Shown one piece after another: positions 1 through 9,101 of a stretch of 64,000 nucleotides of DNA (the first letter of the stretch is position 1; each line of letters opens with the position of its first letter). The stretch covers positions 4,928,001 to 4,992,000 of the forward strand of contig OZ253470.1 in the NCBI GenBank assembly GCA_965261735.1, given 5' to 3'. The stretch comes from Alphaproteobacteria bacterium (GTDB lineage Bacteria; Pseudomonadota; Alphaproteobacteria; SHVV01). The notes below the pieces were generated by a model that was not told the DNA's origin, searched no databases, and saw nothing but the letters and a program-made list of their open reading frames with translations. The translations under genes and the position numbers were made by a program.

Positions 1-283
1 GCGAAGCCGCGTTGTTGATGAGGATGTCGACCGGCCCAAAGCGCGCCAGCGCCGCGTCGGCGAGCGCGCCGACAGCCGCCGCGTCAGCGACGTCGGCCGC
101 AACCGCGAAGGCCGAGCCTCCGGCCTCGACAATGCCACGGGCCGCCCCTTCGCACTCAGACAGCGTTCGGCTGGCGATCACGACGTGGGCACCCTCGCCG
201 GCCACGGCCCGGCTCATGTGAGCGCCGTAGCCGCGCCCCCCGCCGGTGACGATCACGGTCTTGCCCGCGAGCTGATTGGCCAT
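1..283 (-). CDS. Short-chain dehydrogenase/reductase, 5' part (runs off the window)
   Basis: Reverse strand from ATG at 283 reads MANQLAGKTVIVTGGGRGYG...DILINNAA, showing the TGxxxGxG and NNAx SDR motifs. Absent from the ORF track because there is no stop in the window. Confidence 0.9.
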   Translation of the reverse strand, partial: MANQLAGKTVIVTGGGRGYGAHMSRAVAGEGAHVVIASRTLSECEGAARGIVEAGGSAFAVAADVADAAAVGALADAALARFGPVDILINNAAS

Positions 284-442
284 GCACCTGTCTCCGTGCC
301 TAACGACCTAACCGCGGTCGGCTCAACCGCGCAAGCCCTGGGCAGTCCGCGCCGGGGCTGGCCGCGGCATGCCCGCGGATCTTGTTCGGGTATTTCTTTT
401 CGCGTAGGCTGCCGCGCAAAACCAGGCGAGGGAGGGAACACG

Positions 443-1228
443 CTGCACAGCGACGAAGGCTATGTCACGTGCCGGGGCGTGGGCAAGATCTTCAGGTCGA
501 GCCGGGGCGACGTCGAGGCGCTGAAGGGCATTGACCTCGAGGTCTGCTCGGGCGAATTCGTAAGTGTGGTCGGCCCCAGTGGCTGCGGCAAGAGCACGCT
601 CCTGAAGTGCGTCTCGGGCCTCGAGCCTGTCACCGCCGGCGAGGTCGAGATCCACGGTGAGCGCGTCACGGGGCCGCCCGACAATCTTGGCGTTGTCTTC
701 CAGCGCGACGTGCTGCTCGACTGGCGCACGGTCATAGACAACGTGCTCCTGCCGATCGAGTTCCGGCGCGGCAACAAGAAGGAGTTCAGCCCGCGCGCCA
801 ACGACCTCCTGGTGCTGTTGGGACTCGATGGGTTTCAACGCCGCTACCCCTGGGAGCTGTCCGGCGGCATGCGCCAGCGCGTCGCCATCTCGCGCGCGCT
901 GCTCGTCGACCCCGAGCTCCTACTCATGGACGAGCCGTTCGGGGCGCTCGATATGCTCACGCGCGACGAGCTTAATATCGAGCTCCAGCGCATCTGGAAC
1001 GAAACCCGCAAAACCGTGCTCTTCATCACCCACAGCGTCAGCGAGGCCGTGTTCCTGTCGGATCGCGTCGTCGTAATGAAGAAGGAGCCCGGCGAAATCG
1101 TCGAATCGCTCGACATCGACCTACCGCGCCCGCGCCGGCTGGCGATGCGCGAGACCAAGGAATTCACCGCCCATTCCTCGAAAATACGCGAGATCTTCGA
1201 GCGCATCGGCGTGTTGCGGGAGCACTGA
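443..1228 (+). CDS. NitT/TauT-family ABC transporter ATP-binding protein
   Basis: Walker A GPSGCGKS, signature LSGGMRQR, Walker B LLMDEPF. The listed start at 185 overlaps the divergent SDR; a CTG at 443 follows GGAGGG. Confidence 0.92.
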   Translation: MHSDEGYVTCRGVGKIFRSSRGDVEALKGIDLEVCSGEFVSVVGPSGCGKSTLLKCVSGLEPVTAGEVEIHGERVTGPPDNLGVVFQRDVLLDWRTVIDNVLLPIEFRRGNKKEFSPRANDLLVLLGLDGFQRRYPWELSGGMRQRVAISRALLVDPELLLMDEPFGALDMLTRDELNIELQRIWNETRKTVLFITHSVSEAVFLSDRVVVMKKEPGEIVESLDIDLPRPRRLAMRETKEFTAHSSKIREIFERIGVLREH

Positions 1229-1233
1229 TCACC

Positions 1234-2025
1234 ATGTGGTACCGACTGCCGCGGCCGCTACGCGTGTCCGTCGTCATCTTCGGCGCGTTGCTGCTGTGGG
1301 AATGCGTACGCTTTACCGACATTCCAGAGTTCCTGCTGCCGCCGCCCTCGCGAACCATCGACGTGATCATGGAGTCGCCCGGCTGGCTGGCCCGGCACAG
1401 CTGGCACACCATTCAAGAGACCCTGATCGGTTTCGTCCTCGCCGTCTTGGCCGGTGTCATCCTTTCCATTGCCATCGTATATTCGCGGTTCCTCGAGGAA
1501 ACGCTGTACCCGTTGCTAGTCACTCTCAATGTGGTTCCGAAGGTCGCGGTAGCGCCGCTTTTCGTCGTCTGGATGGGCACGGGCATACAGCCCAAGGTTG
1601 CGATTTCCGCCACCATCGCGCTGTTCGTCATCGTCATCGACATGGTCCTGGGACTTCGTTCGGTCGATCCTGAGATGCTCGATCTCGCGAAGTCGCTCAA
1701 GGGCTCGAAGCTGCAGACCCTGATCAAGATTCGTTTTCCCAACGCGCTGCCGAACCTATTCGCCGGCATGAAGGTCGGCATCACGTTGGCGCTCATCGGC
1801 GCCATCGTCGGCGAGTTCGTGGCCTCCGACAAGGGGCTCGGCTACGTCATCCTGGTCGCCCAGGGCCAGTTCGACACGCCGCAAATGTTCACCGCGATCA
1901 TTGCGCTCGCGGTGATGGGCACCCTGCTCTTCTTCTTTGTCGACCTGTGCGAGCGCTTTTTCGTGCCCTGGCACGTGTCACGACGCGGCGAAGACGGCGG
2001 CGCCCCCCTACAGGCCACGTACTAG
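1234..2025 (+). CDS. NitT/TauT-family ABC transporter permease
   Basis: Multiple TM segments, LLPPPS N-terminal motif, EAA-like loop, GEFVASDKGLG; directly follows the ATPase. Confidence 0.92.
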   Translation: MWYRLPRPLRVSVVIFGALLLWECVRFTDIPEFLLPPPSRTIDVIMESPGWLARHSWHTIQETLIGFVLAVLAGVILSIAIVYSRFLEETLYPLLVTLNVVPKVAVAPLFVVWMGTGIQPKVAISATIALFVIVIDMVLGLRSVDPEMLDLAKSLKGSKLQTLIKIRFPNALPNLFAGMKVGITLALIGAIVGEFVASDKGLGYVILVAQGQFDTPQMFTAIIALAVMGTLLFFFVDLCERFFVPWHVSRRGEDGGAPLQATY

Positions 2026-2059
2026 AGCGCCGGGGGCGATGCGCCGGCAAGGGGCGCTG

Positions 2060-3991
2060 ATGCCACTCGGGATCGACACCTTCAAGAACAAGGACTGGCG
2101 TACGGGCACCGAGGCCACGGCCAACACCCTGTTCAAGGCGCTCGGGCATCCATTGATCGCCGCCAAGGCGCAGCGCCTGTGCGACGAGCTCGCCGCCGCC
2201 GGCCCGGTCGCGATTTATGATCCCCTTGGTCATGCGGCCCATTTCGCCGCCTTTTACGATCTGTCCGCGTGCGACATCGCCGGCGCCTATGTTCAGCGAA
2301 TCGAGGCGCTGGCCGATCCCGTTCTCGGGCTCAACCCCGCGCCCGTGACGGATCTCGCCCGCGCCAGCGTAGCCACGGTCCTGATCGCGGCATTCGATGG
2401 CGCGCGGCTGCACGATCAGATAGCGGCCCTGGTACCGGCCGGGGTAAAGGTGCGCTCGTTCGATGAACTGCGCCTGCCCGACGATATGTTGACCACGCGC
2501 TGGCCCTATCTCGCGCCACTCAACTTCGCGACCAACATCGCGTTCTTTCGCGAGGGCGCCGGCGATCATACCCGCATCTCCCTCGCCAACTACTGGTCGC
2601 AATACGGAGCCCAAAACCCAGAGCTCTGGTTGTGCCTGTTTGCAGGGGACGGCAGCGTGCTGGCGGAATGGCGCGAGCGGCTACCCGGCGCGGGCGGGAC
2701 GCTGGCCATCGACAGCCGCGACGTAAGGGCGCGGTTTGGTCTCGGTGACTTCGCCGGTTCGCTGTTCATCCACGCACTTGGCGTCGCCGGGCATGACATT
2801 GTGAAGTACGCGCTCGACACCACCCGCGACGACGGCATGATCTCGTCGACGCACGATGCCAACGCCTGGCCGGCCGACCTCTACGCCGGGCTACCGGCGC
2901 CCGACGCCGGCGAGCGCGTCGTGCTGTGGGTACAGAACAGCCATCCGGCGCCGATTCGCACCGGTAGCATCGGCCTCAACCTCATGGGCGCGCAGGACGT
3001 GCGCTGGCTCGATGAGGAAATCCCGGCCTTTGGCAGCCACGCGCTCGACGTGGCGGCGCTCCTTCCCGAGGCCGCGTGGCCGCAGCAGATCGAAGTTCAG
3101 GCCGGACGGCACTTCGCTCGCCCGCGCTATGAGGTCATCGGGAGCGACGGGGCGCGCCGCATCGCGCACGCCAACGTCGAGCGCACCGACCTCTCGCCCA
3201 ACCCTGAGATACCGGAATTGGCCGCGCTCATGGGCAAGGGCTATCTCATGCCGCTACCGGTGATGCCAGTCGCCGATTTCCGCTCGCTCGCTCTGCCGAC
3301 GCCGATGGCCGACCGCCAGCGTGAATTGCCGCTCGCCATCGTCCTGGCTGATGCTTCCGGCGCCGAGGTCGATCGGCGCTATCTCGGGCGCATCCGCCGG
3401 CGCGATAGCGTGCCCGTGGACGTCGACGATTGGCTCGCCGAGGCCGGCCTGTCGCTGCCCAGCGGCTATGGCCACGTCGAGCTGTTGTACGACTTTCAGG
3501 GCGGCGGCGAGGCCGATGGCTGGCTGCACGCGATCGGCCGCTACCGGCGGCGCGGCACGCGCCATGCGGCCGAAACCAGCTTCGGCGCCCATATCTACAA
3601 CACACCGATCGTCTACCGCGACGAGCCCCAGTCCTACGGCTCGGCGCCTCCGGGGCTCAGCACCAGACTGTTCGTCCGCCTCGGCTGGGGCGAGCTCGAC
3701 ACGCTGTGCCACCTCATCTATCCGGCGTCGACACCCTGGCATCCGCGCTCGACGACCGATCTCGTTCTGATCGACGGCGAAGGCCGAGACGTGGCGACGC
3801 GGTCCGTCCACATCCCCTGTGGCGGCTCCCTGCTCTGGCGCTATCGCGAACTCTTCGATGCCGAGGCACGCGGCCGGGCGGGCGAAGGTGCCTACGTTCT
3901 GGTCCGCGACACGACGTGTCGCCTGTTCGGCTTCCACGGGCTCCTCGGCGACGAGGGCGCCTTCAGCCTCGATCACGCCTTCGGCTTCTGA
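2060..3991 (+). CDS. Large hypothetical protein (about 643 aa)
   Basis: Long ORF with host-like codon usage. The ATG at 2060 avoids overlap with the permease. No family motif recognised. Confidence 0.8.
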   Translation: MPLGIDTFKNKDWRTGTEATANTLFKALGHPLIAAKAQRLCDELAAAGPVAIYDPLGHAAHFAAFYDLSACDIAGAYVQRIEALADPVLGLNPAPVTDLARASVATVLIAAFDGARLHDQIAALVPAGVKVRSFDELRLPDDMLTTRWPYLAPLNFATNIAFFREGAGDHTRISLANYWSQYGAQNPELWLCLFAGDGSVLAEWRERLPGAGGTLAIDSRDVRARFGLGDFAGSLFIHALGVAGHDIVKYALDTTRDDGMISSTHDANAWPADLYAGLPAPDAGERVVLWVQNSHPAPIRTGSIGLNLMGAQDVRWLDEEIPAFGSHALDVAALLPEAAWPQQIEVQAGRHFARPRYEVIGSDGARRIAHANVERTDLSPNPEIPELAALMGKGYLMPLPVMPVADFRSLALPTPMADRQRELPLAIVLADASGAEVDRRYLGRIRRRDSVPVDVDDWLAEAGLSLPSGYGHVELLYDFQGGGEADGWLHAIGRYRRRGTRHAAETSFGAHIYNTPIVYRDEPQSYGSAPPGLSTRLFVRLGWGELDTLCHLIYPASTPWHPRSTTDLVLIDGEGRDVATRSVHIPCGGSLLWRYRELFDAEARGRAGEGAYVLVRDTTCRLFGFHGLLGDEGAFSLDHAFGF

Positions 3992-4003
3992 TCCACCGCG
4001 GCG

Positions 4004-5299
4004 CTAGTCGTCTCCGGCGCTCTCGAGGGATCCGGGCGGGGCGAGTCCGCGGCCCCGTGTGATGGCGTCGGCGCCGAACCGATCGCGGATGGCGGTAACG
4101 GCGTCGTCGACGTCGTCGCGCTTGTGCTCCGTCGAGAACAAATCCAGCGTTGCCTCGGTGGCCGGTTTCGAAAATCCGGCGACGCCGACACCGATCAGGC
4201 GAAAGCGCGTTCCATCGACCTCGCGAACAAGAAGGTCGCGCGCGATCTCGTAGACCACGTCCGCGGACGCCGTCGGCTGGTCTAGTGAGCGGCTCCGCGT
4301 CAGCAGCTTGAAATCCGCGGTCTTGAGCTTGAGGGTGATGGTACGGCCGGCCAAACCTTCCTTCTTGAGGCCGCGCGCGACGCGCTCGCAAGCGTGCCAC
4401 AGGAGGCGCTCGAGCTCGCCCCCGTCGGCGACATTTTGCTCGAGGGTTCTCTCGCTCGACAGGCTCTTGCGGGCCATGCGCGGCATCACGCGACGCCCAT
4501 CCTCGCCGCGCGCGAGCCGGTAGAGCTGGCGGCCCATCTTGCCGTAGCGGCGCGCGAGCTCGACCTCGTCGCGGAGCTGCACGTCACTGATCGTTGAAAT
4601 CCCATCGTGCGCCAGGCGCCGCTCGAACGCGGGCCCAATGCCCCAAATCAGCCGCACTGGCTTAGGGGCGAGAAAGGCCGTGGCCTCGACCCGCCCAATA
4701 ACCGAAAACCCGCGCGGCTTGTCGAGCTCCGAGGCCACCTTGGCCAGGAACTTGTTGTGGCTAAGGCCGATCGAGACGGTGATGCGGATGTCCGCCTCGA
4801 TGCGACGCGCGAGCGCGGCCAGGCATTGAGCCGCGCTCTGGCCATGCAAGCCTTGCGTACCCGAGAGGTCGAGAAAGGCCTCGTCGATCGACACCGGTTC
4901 GACGAGCGGTGTTAGCTCGTTCATGAGTGCGCGAATGCGCTTGGACTCAGCCACATACTTGGCCATATTCGGCGGCCTGACGAGCGCTTGCGGGCACAGC
5001 TTCAGCGCCTGGAACATTGGCATCGCCGAATGCACGCCGAAGGGGCGCGCCTCATAGGAGCACGTGGATACGACTCCGCGACGCCCGCCTCCAATGATGA
5101 GCGGCTGACCCGCCAGCGCCGGATCGTCGCGCTGCTCGACGGCGGCATAGAACGCGTCGCAGTCGAGGTGGGCGATGGCGAGATCGTGGAGTTCGGGATG
5201 GGCGACGATGCGCGCCGAGCGGCAGCCGGGACAGCGACCCTCGGGCTCGGGCGCCTGCCAGCGCCGTAGGCAGTCACGGCACAGATGTCCGCTCGCCAT
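4004..5299 (-). CDS. dinB: DNA polymerase IV with N-terminal CxxC/CxxC zinc finger
   Basis: HLDCDAFYAAVE, SYEAR.FGV.SAMP, SIDEAFLD and K.AS.LDKP motifs; ATG at 5299 just downstream of aceB. Confidence 0.95.
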   Translation of the reverse strand: MASGHLCRDCLRRWQAPEPEGRCPGCRSARIVAHPELHDLAIAHLDCDAFYAAVEQRDDPALAGQPLIIGGGRRGVVSTCSYEARPFGVHSAMPMFQALKLCPQALVRPPNMAKYVAESKRIRALMNELTPLVEPVSIDEAFLDLSGTQGLHGQSAAQCLAALARRIEADIRITVSIGLSHNKFLAKVASELDKPRGFSVIGRVEATAFLAPKPVRLIWGIGPAFERRLAHDGISTISDVQLRDEVELARRYGKMGRQLYRLARGEDGRRVMPRMARKSLSSERTLEQNVADGGELERLLWHACERVARGLKKEGLAGRTITLKLKTADFKLLTRSRSLDQPTASADVVYEIARDLLVREVDGTRFRLIGVGVAGFSKPATEATLDLFSTEHKRDDVDDAVTAIRDRFGADAITRGRGLAPPGSLESAGDD

Positions 5300-5340
5300 C
5301 GCTAACCTCAGAGCGCTCCCGCCGCCCGCCTTCCCGCTCG

Positions 5341-6963
5341 TCAGGCCAAGTGCTCGTAGGCGGGTAGCGTCAGAAACTCGACGAACTCCGACGCCGTGAC
5401 CATGTCGATCAGGAGTTGGGCCGCCTCCTCGTAATGGCCGCAGACGAATCGCTCGGCGCCGATCGTCTCGCGAATGCTGGCGGTCTCCTCTTCGAGCATG
5501 CGACGGACCAGCGGCTCGTCGATGACCGGGCCGCCGTCGATTCGCGCGCCATGGCGCAGCCACTGCCACACCTGCGCCCGGCAGATCTCCGCGGTCGCCG
5601 CGTCCTCCATCAGGTTGTACAGCGGTACGCAACCCTGGCCGCGCAACCACGCTTCGATATAGAGGACGCCGACATTGAGATTGTGGCGCAGGCCGGTCTC
5701 GGTGATGGTGCCGATGGGCACGGTGATCAGGTCCATGGCCGCGACGTTCACGTCCTGGCGCTGGCGGGCGATCTGGTTGGCTTCCTTCATGGCGCCATCG
5801 AAGACCTCGCGGGCCACCGGCACCAGGCCGGGATGCGCTACCCAAGTGCCGTCGTGACCATCGCCGACTTCGCGCTCCTTGTCGGCGCGCACCTTGGCCA
5901 GCGCTTCGGCGTTGGCGGCCGGGTCGTCGCGAATCAGAATCTGCGCCGCCATGCCGCCGATGGCATGAGCGTTGCGGCGGTGGCAGGTCTTGATCGTGAG
6001 CTGCGTGTAGGCGCGAATGAACTGGCGCGTCATCGTCACCTGGTCCCGATCGGGCAGCAGAAAACGTGGATGGTCGCGGAACTTCTTGATGAAGCTGAAG
6101 ATGTAGTCCCAACGGCCGCAATTGAGGCCGGCGGCATGTTGGCGCAGCTCGTAGAGAATCTCGTCCATTTCGAAGGCGGCAAGGACGGTCTCGATCAGCA
6201 CCGTCGCCTTGATCGTGCCGCGCTCGAGGCCGAGCCCGCGCTGCGCCGACAGGAACACGTCGTTCCACAGACGCGCCTCGAGGTGGTTCTCGAGCTTGGG
6301 TAGGTAGAAGTAGGGCCCAGTCCCGTTGTCGATCTGCCGCTTGGCGTTATGAAACAGGAACAGGCCAGCGTCGAACAGGGCGCCCGACATCGGTTCACCG
6401 TCGACCGTGACATGGGCCTCGGGCAGGTGCCAGCCGCGCGGGCGAACGACCAGCGTTGCGATCTGTTCGTTCAGGCGATAGGCCTTGCCGGTGGCTTCGT
6501 CGGTGAACGCGATCGCGCGACGCACGGCATCACGAAGGTTGAGCTGTCCCCCTATGAGATTGTCCCATGTCGGCGAGGTCGCATCCTCGAAGTCGGCCAT
6601 GAAGACGTTGGCGCCCGAATTGAACGCGTTGATGATCATCTTGCGCTCGACGGGCCCGGTTATCTCGACGCGGCGATCCACGAGGTCATCGGGCACCGGA
6701 TCGATTGTCCAATCGGCCGCGCGAACGGCGGCCGTTTCGGGTAGGAAGTTGGGCATGAGCCCGTCGCTGATTTGCCGCTGGACCTGGGTGCGGCGGTCGA
6801 GGAGGTCGTGCCGTCGCGGCCCGAACTCGCGCTCCAGTTGGGCGACGAAGCCGAGCGCCTCGAGAGAAAGAATGTCCGCGTAGCCAGGCGCGAGCGCCCC
6901 CGTCACCGCGACGCCCTCGGGCACGGCGCTCGCCGGCATGGTGGCTGACCTCTCGCTCGCCAT
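5341..6963 (-). CDS. aceB: Malate synthase A
   Basis: DRRVEITGP, FMADFED, RPRGWHL, GLNCGRWDYIFS, GHDGTWVAHPGL, LMEDAATAEI; GGAAGGGG upstream of ATG 6963. Confidence 0.96.
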   Translation of the reverse strand: MASERSATMPASAVPEGVAVTGALAPGYADILSLEALGFVAQLEREFGPRRHDLLDRRTQVQRQISDGLMPNFLPETAAVRAADWTIDPVPDDLVDRRVEITGPVERKMIINAFNSGANVFMADFEDATSPTWDNLIGGQLNLRDAVRRAIAFTDEATGKAYRLNEQIATLVVRPRGWHLPEAHVTVDGEPMSGALFDAGLFLFHNAKRQIDNGTGPYFYLPKLENHLEARLWNDVFLSAQRGLGLERGTIKATVLIETVLAAFEMDEILYELRQHAAGLNCGRWDYIFSFIKKFRDHPRFLLPDRDQVTMTRQFIRAYTQLTIKTCHRRNAHAIGGMAAQILIRDDPAANAEALAKVRADKEREVGDGHDGTWVAHPGLVPVAREVFDGAMKEANQIARQRQDVNVAAMDLITVPIGTITETGLRHNLNVGVLYIEAWLRGQGCVPLYNLMEDAATAEICRAQVWQWLRHGARIDGGPVIDEPLVRRMLEEETASIRETIGAERFVCGHYEEAAQLLIDMVTASEFVEFLTLPAYEHLA

Positions 6964-7165
6964 GGGTACGCCCCCTTCCGCCGCTCCAACGGCCAGTGCA
7001 TGATGGTTCAATTCGGCCACGCCGACAACTTGCGGGCGCTCGCGTCTCGCCATGGCGGCCCGCTCCCGGCTCCACATTCGGTGCTTGGACGCCGGGGCTA
7101 AGTGCCTTTACTGTTGCGCCGCGAGGTCACGACGACTTTGGCGATCATTGGGGGATGAGAGCGAC

Positions 7166-7390
7166 ATGACGCTATCAACGAGGTTGGGTGCGGCAGCTGT
7201 AGTTTTGATCGCTCTTGTCGTAGGCGGCTGCACCTCGGAGTCGTTCAACTGGATGGGGGCACAGTATCGCTACGTTGGCGGCCCGGTCGTGTGCGCCGAA
7301 GACGGCTCGCCGGTAAGATGGCAGAAGGCGAACGAAAAGGGAGAGTTCGGTTCCCTCAGGGCCAAGGCTGAAAACTGCGGAAGGCGTTGA
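7166..7390 (+). CDS. Small putative lipoprotein
   Basis: Hydrophobic signal ending VVGGC (lipobox-like), two further Cys residues. Confidence 0.6.
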   Translation: MTLSTRLGAAAVVLIALVVGGCTSESFNWMGAQYRYVGGPVVCAEDGSPVRWQKANEKGEFGSLRAKAENCGRR

Positions 7391-7652
7391 GCGCCCTTGG
7401 GCAGCGGTGCACCGTCTCTAGTTGAGGCCAATCGCCGTAGACGCACGACGCTCTCCGGTGTGGTTCGGACGCTGGGAGCGTTAAGGCGCGCCCACTGGCC
7501 GAAGCCCTACCTCCCATCATCATTCGCGGCGGCCGTGTCGTGCGCAGTGCTGTGACGGACGCGGCGCAACCGAGCACCCCGCGAGGCTCACCCGCCAGCA
7601 CCCGACGGCGGCAAAGCCTGCCTCGGCGATCGGTCAGGCGAGGAGAGGCGCG

Positions 7653-8423
7653 ATGAGTATCTACGGCATTCCGGACCAGGACGATCTCAAGCAGGTCTAC
7701 GAGCATGTGATCGAGATTCAGACCATCCTCGACAACCATCGCATATCGCGCTTCATAGGCGACAATCTGATCACGCTGCACCGCAACTTGTCCTTTACCT
7801 ACGACGACAAGTTCATGGCGGCATTCGCGAACAACCTCGGACCCAAGGCCGACGAGTACAAGATGTGGCGCTTACACACCTATTGCTGGGCCTGCAGGTC
7901 GGCACTCTCGGTACCCGGTGATTTCGTCGAATGCGGGGTATACCGTGGATTCTACTCCGCGGTGATGACCGAGTACCTTTCCTTCGAGACCCTCGACAAG
8001 CGACTCCTGCTCTACGACACCTTCGAGGGGCTCGTCGAAGAATACTCGACGGAAGATGAGAGAATCCAGACAAACCCTTATTTCGACATGAAGAATTGGC
8101 ACGAGGACGTGGTCGAGAGGTTTCGCAAGTTTGGTAACGTGGAGGTTATCAAGGGTGTCGTTCCGGACGTCTTCAAGCACCGTGCGCCCGACCGCGTCGC
8201 TTTCCTCCACCTCGACATGAATGCGGCCGCCGCGGAAATCGCGGCGCTCGAGACGCTGTTCTACCGGGTGAGCGCGGGCGGCATGATCCTCATGGACGAC
8301 TTCGGCCGCGCCGACCTGCCGAAACTCGTCGCCGCGCACTACCCCTGGATGAAGGCTCAGAACCATCAGATCCTCGAGCTACCCACGGGGCAGGGCTTGG
8401 TGATCAAGCGCGGCCCCGCCTGA
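7653..8423 (+). CDS. TylF/MycF (macrocin O-methyltransferase)-like SAM methyltransferase
   Basis: PGDFVECGVYRG, YDTFEG, FLHLDMN and GG.ILMDDF motifs; AGGAGAGG upstream. Confidence 0.88.
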   Translation: MSIYGIPDQDDLKQVYEHVIEIQTILDNHRISRFIGDNLITLHRNLSFTYDDKFMAAFANNLGPKADEYKMWRLHTYCWACRSALSVPGDFVECGVYRGFYSAVMTEYLSFETLDKRLLLYDTFEGLVEEYSTEDERIQTNPYFDMKNWHEDVVERFRKFGNVEVIKGVVPDVFKHRAPDRVAFLHLDMNAAAAEIAALETLFYRVSAGGMILMDDFGRADLPKLVAAHYPWMKAQNHQILELPTGQGLVIKRGPA

Positions 8424-8538
8424 AGGCGGTTGATTAGGCCCCAGCTGATGGTAGTTTTATGGGTACCCCGGGGGGCTTTCGTAACAGATCCATTTCCGGA
8501 GGGGCTGATTTCACGATCAAACTATTGTGGAGCGCGCC

Positions 8539-8970
8539 ATGGACGTCGCAACAATATTGAGGTCGAAGGGTAGCGAGGTCACCACCGCACCACCCGAAAC
8601 ATCGGTTGCTGACATCGCGCAGATCCTAAAGGGCCAGGGCATCGGCGCCATCGTCATCAGTAGCGATGGTGCGCAGGTGCACGGCATCGTCTCGGAGCGC
8701 GACATCCTCCGCGCTCTAGCCGATCACGGGGCCGAAATCCTCGACAGAGAAGTGTCGGAGTTCATGACCGCCGGGGTCTTTACCTGCTCGCCAGAGGACC
8801 GGGTGAACGATCTCATGGCCATCATGACGGAGCGGCGAATCCGCCATCTGCCGGTGACCGTGGACGGTGAACTGACCGGAATCGTGACCATCGGCGACCT
8901 CGTCAAGCACCGCCTGGACGAGATCGAGCGCGAGGCGGACGCCCTGCGTAGCTACATTTCATCGACCTGA
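8539..8970 (+). CDS. CBS-domain pair protein
   Basis: ILRSKG, GIVSERDI, RIRHLPV, GIVTIGDLVK. Confidence 0.92.
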   Translation: MDVATILRSKGSEVTTAPPETSVADIAQILKGQGIGAIVISSDGAQVHGIVSERDILRALADHGAEILDREVSEFMTAGVFTCSPEDRVNDLMAIMTERRIRHLPVTVDGELTGIVTIGDLVKHRLDEIEREADALRSYISST

Positions 8971-9101
8971 CGACTCGCCGAAACTACCGCGGGCCCATAC
9001 ACCTAGCGTGGGCCGTCGGTGCGCGCGGGTCGGGACATCCCGCTGCCCCCGACCGCCTCGCTCACGGCAATTCGGTGCTAAGATGGACGATACCGGAGGC
9101 G

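Noticed and set aside
4004-6268. 754-aa ORF suggesting a long N-terminal extension of DinB
   Set aside because: The extension is an alternative frame over aceB with Arg/Pro-rich nonsense; DinB starts at 5299.
8507-8522. FNR/FixK-like box upstream of the CBS gene
   Set aside because: CTGAT-N6-ATCAA has the wrong spacing; only one good half-site.
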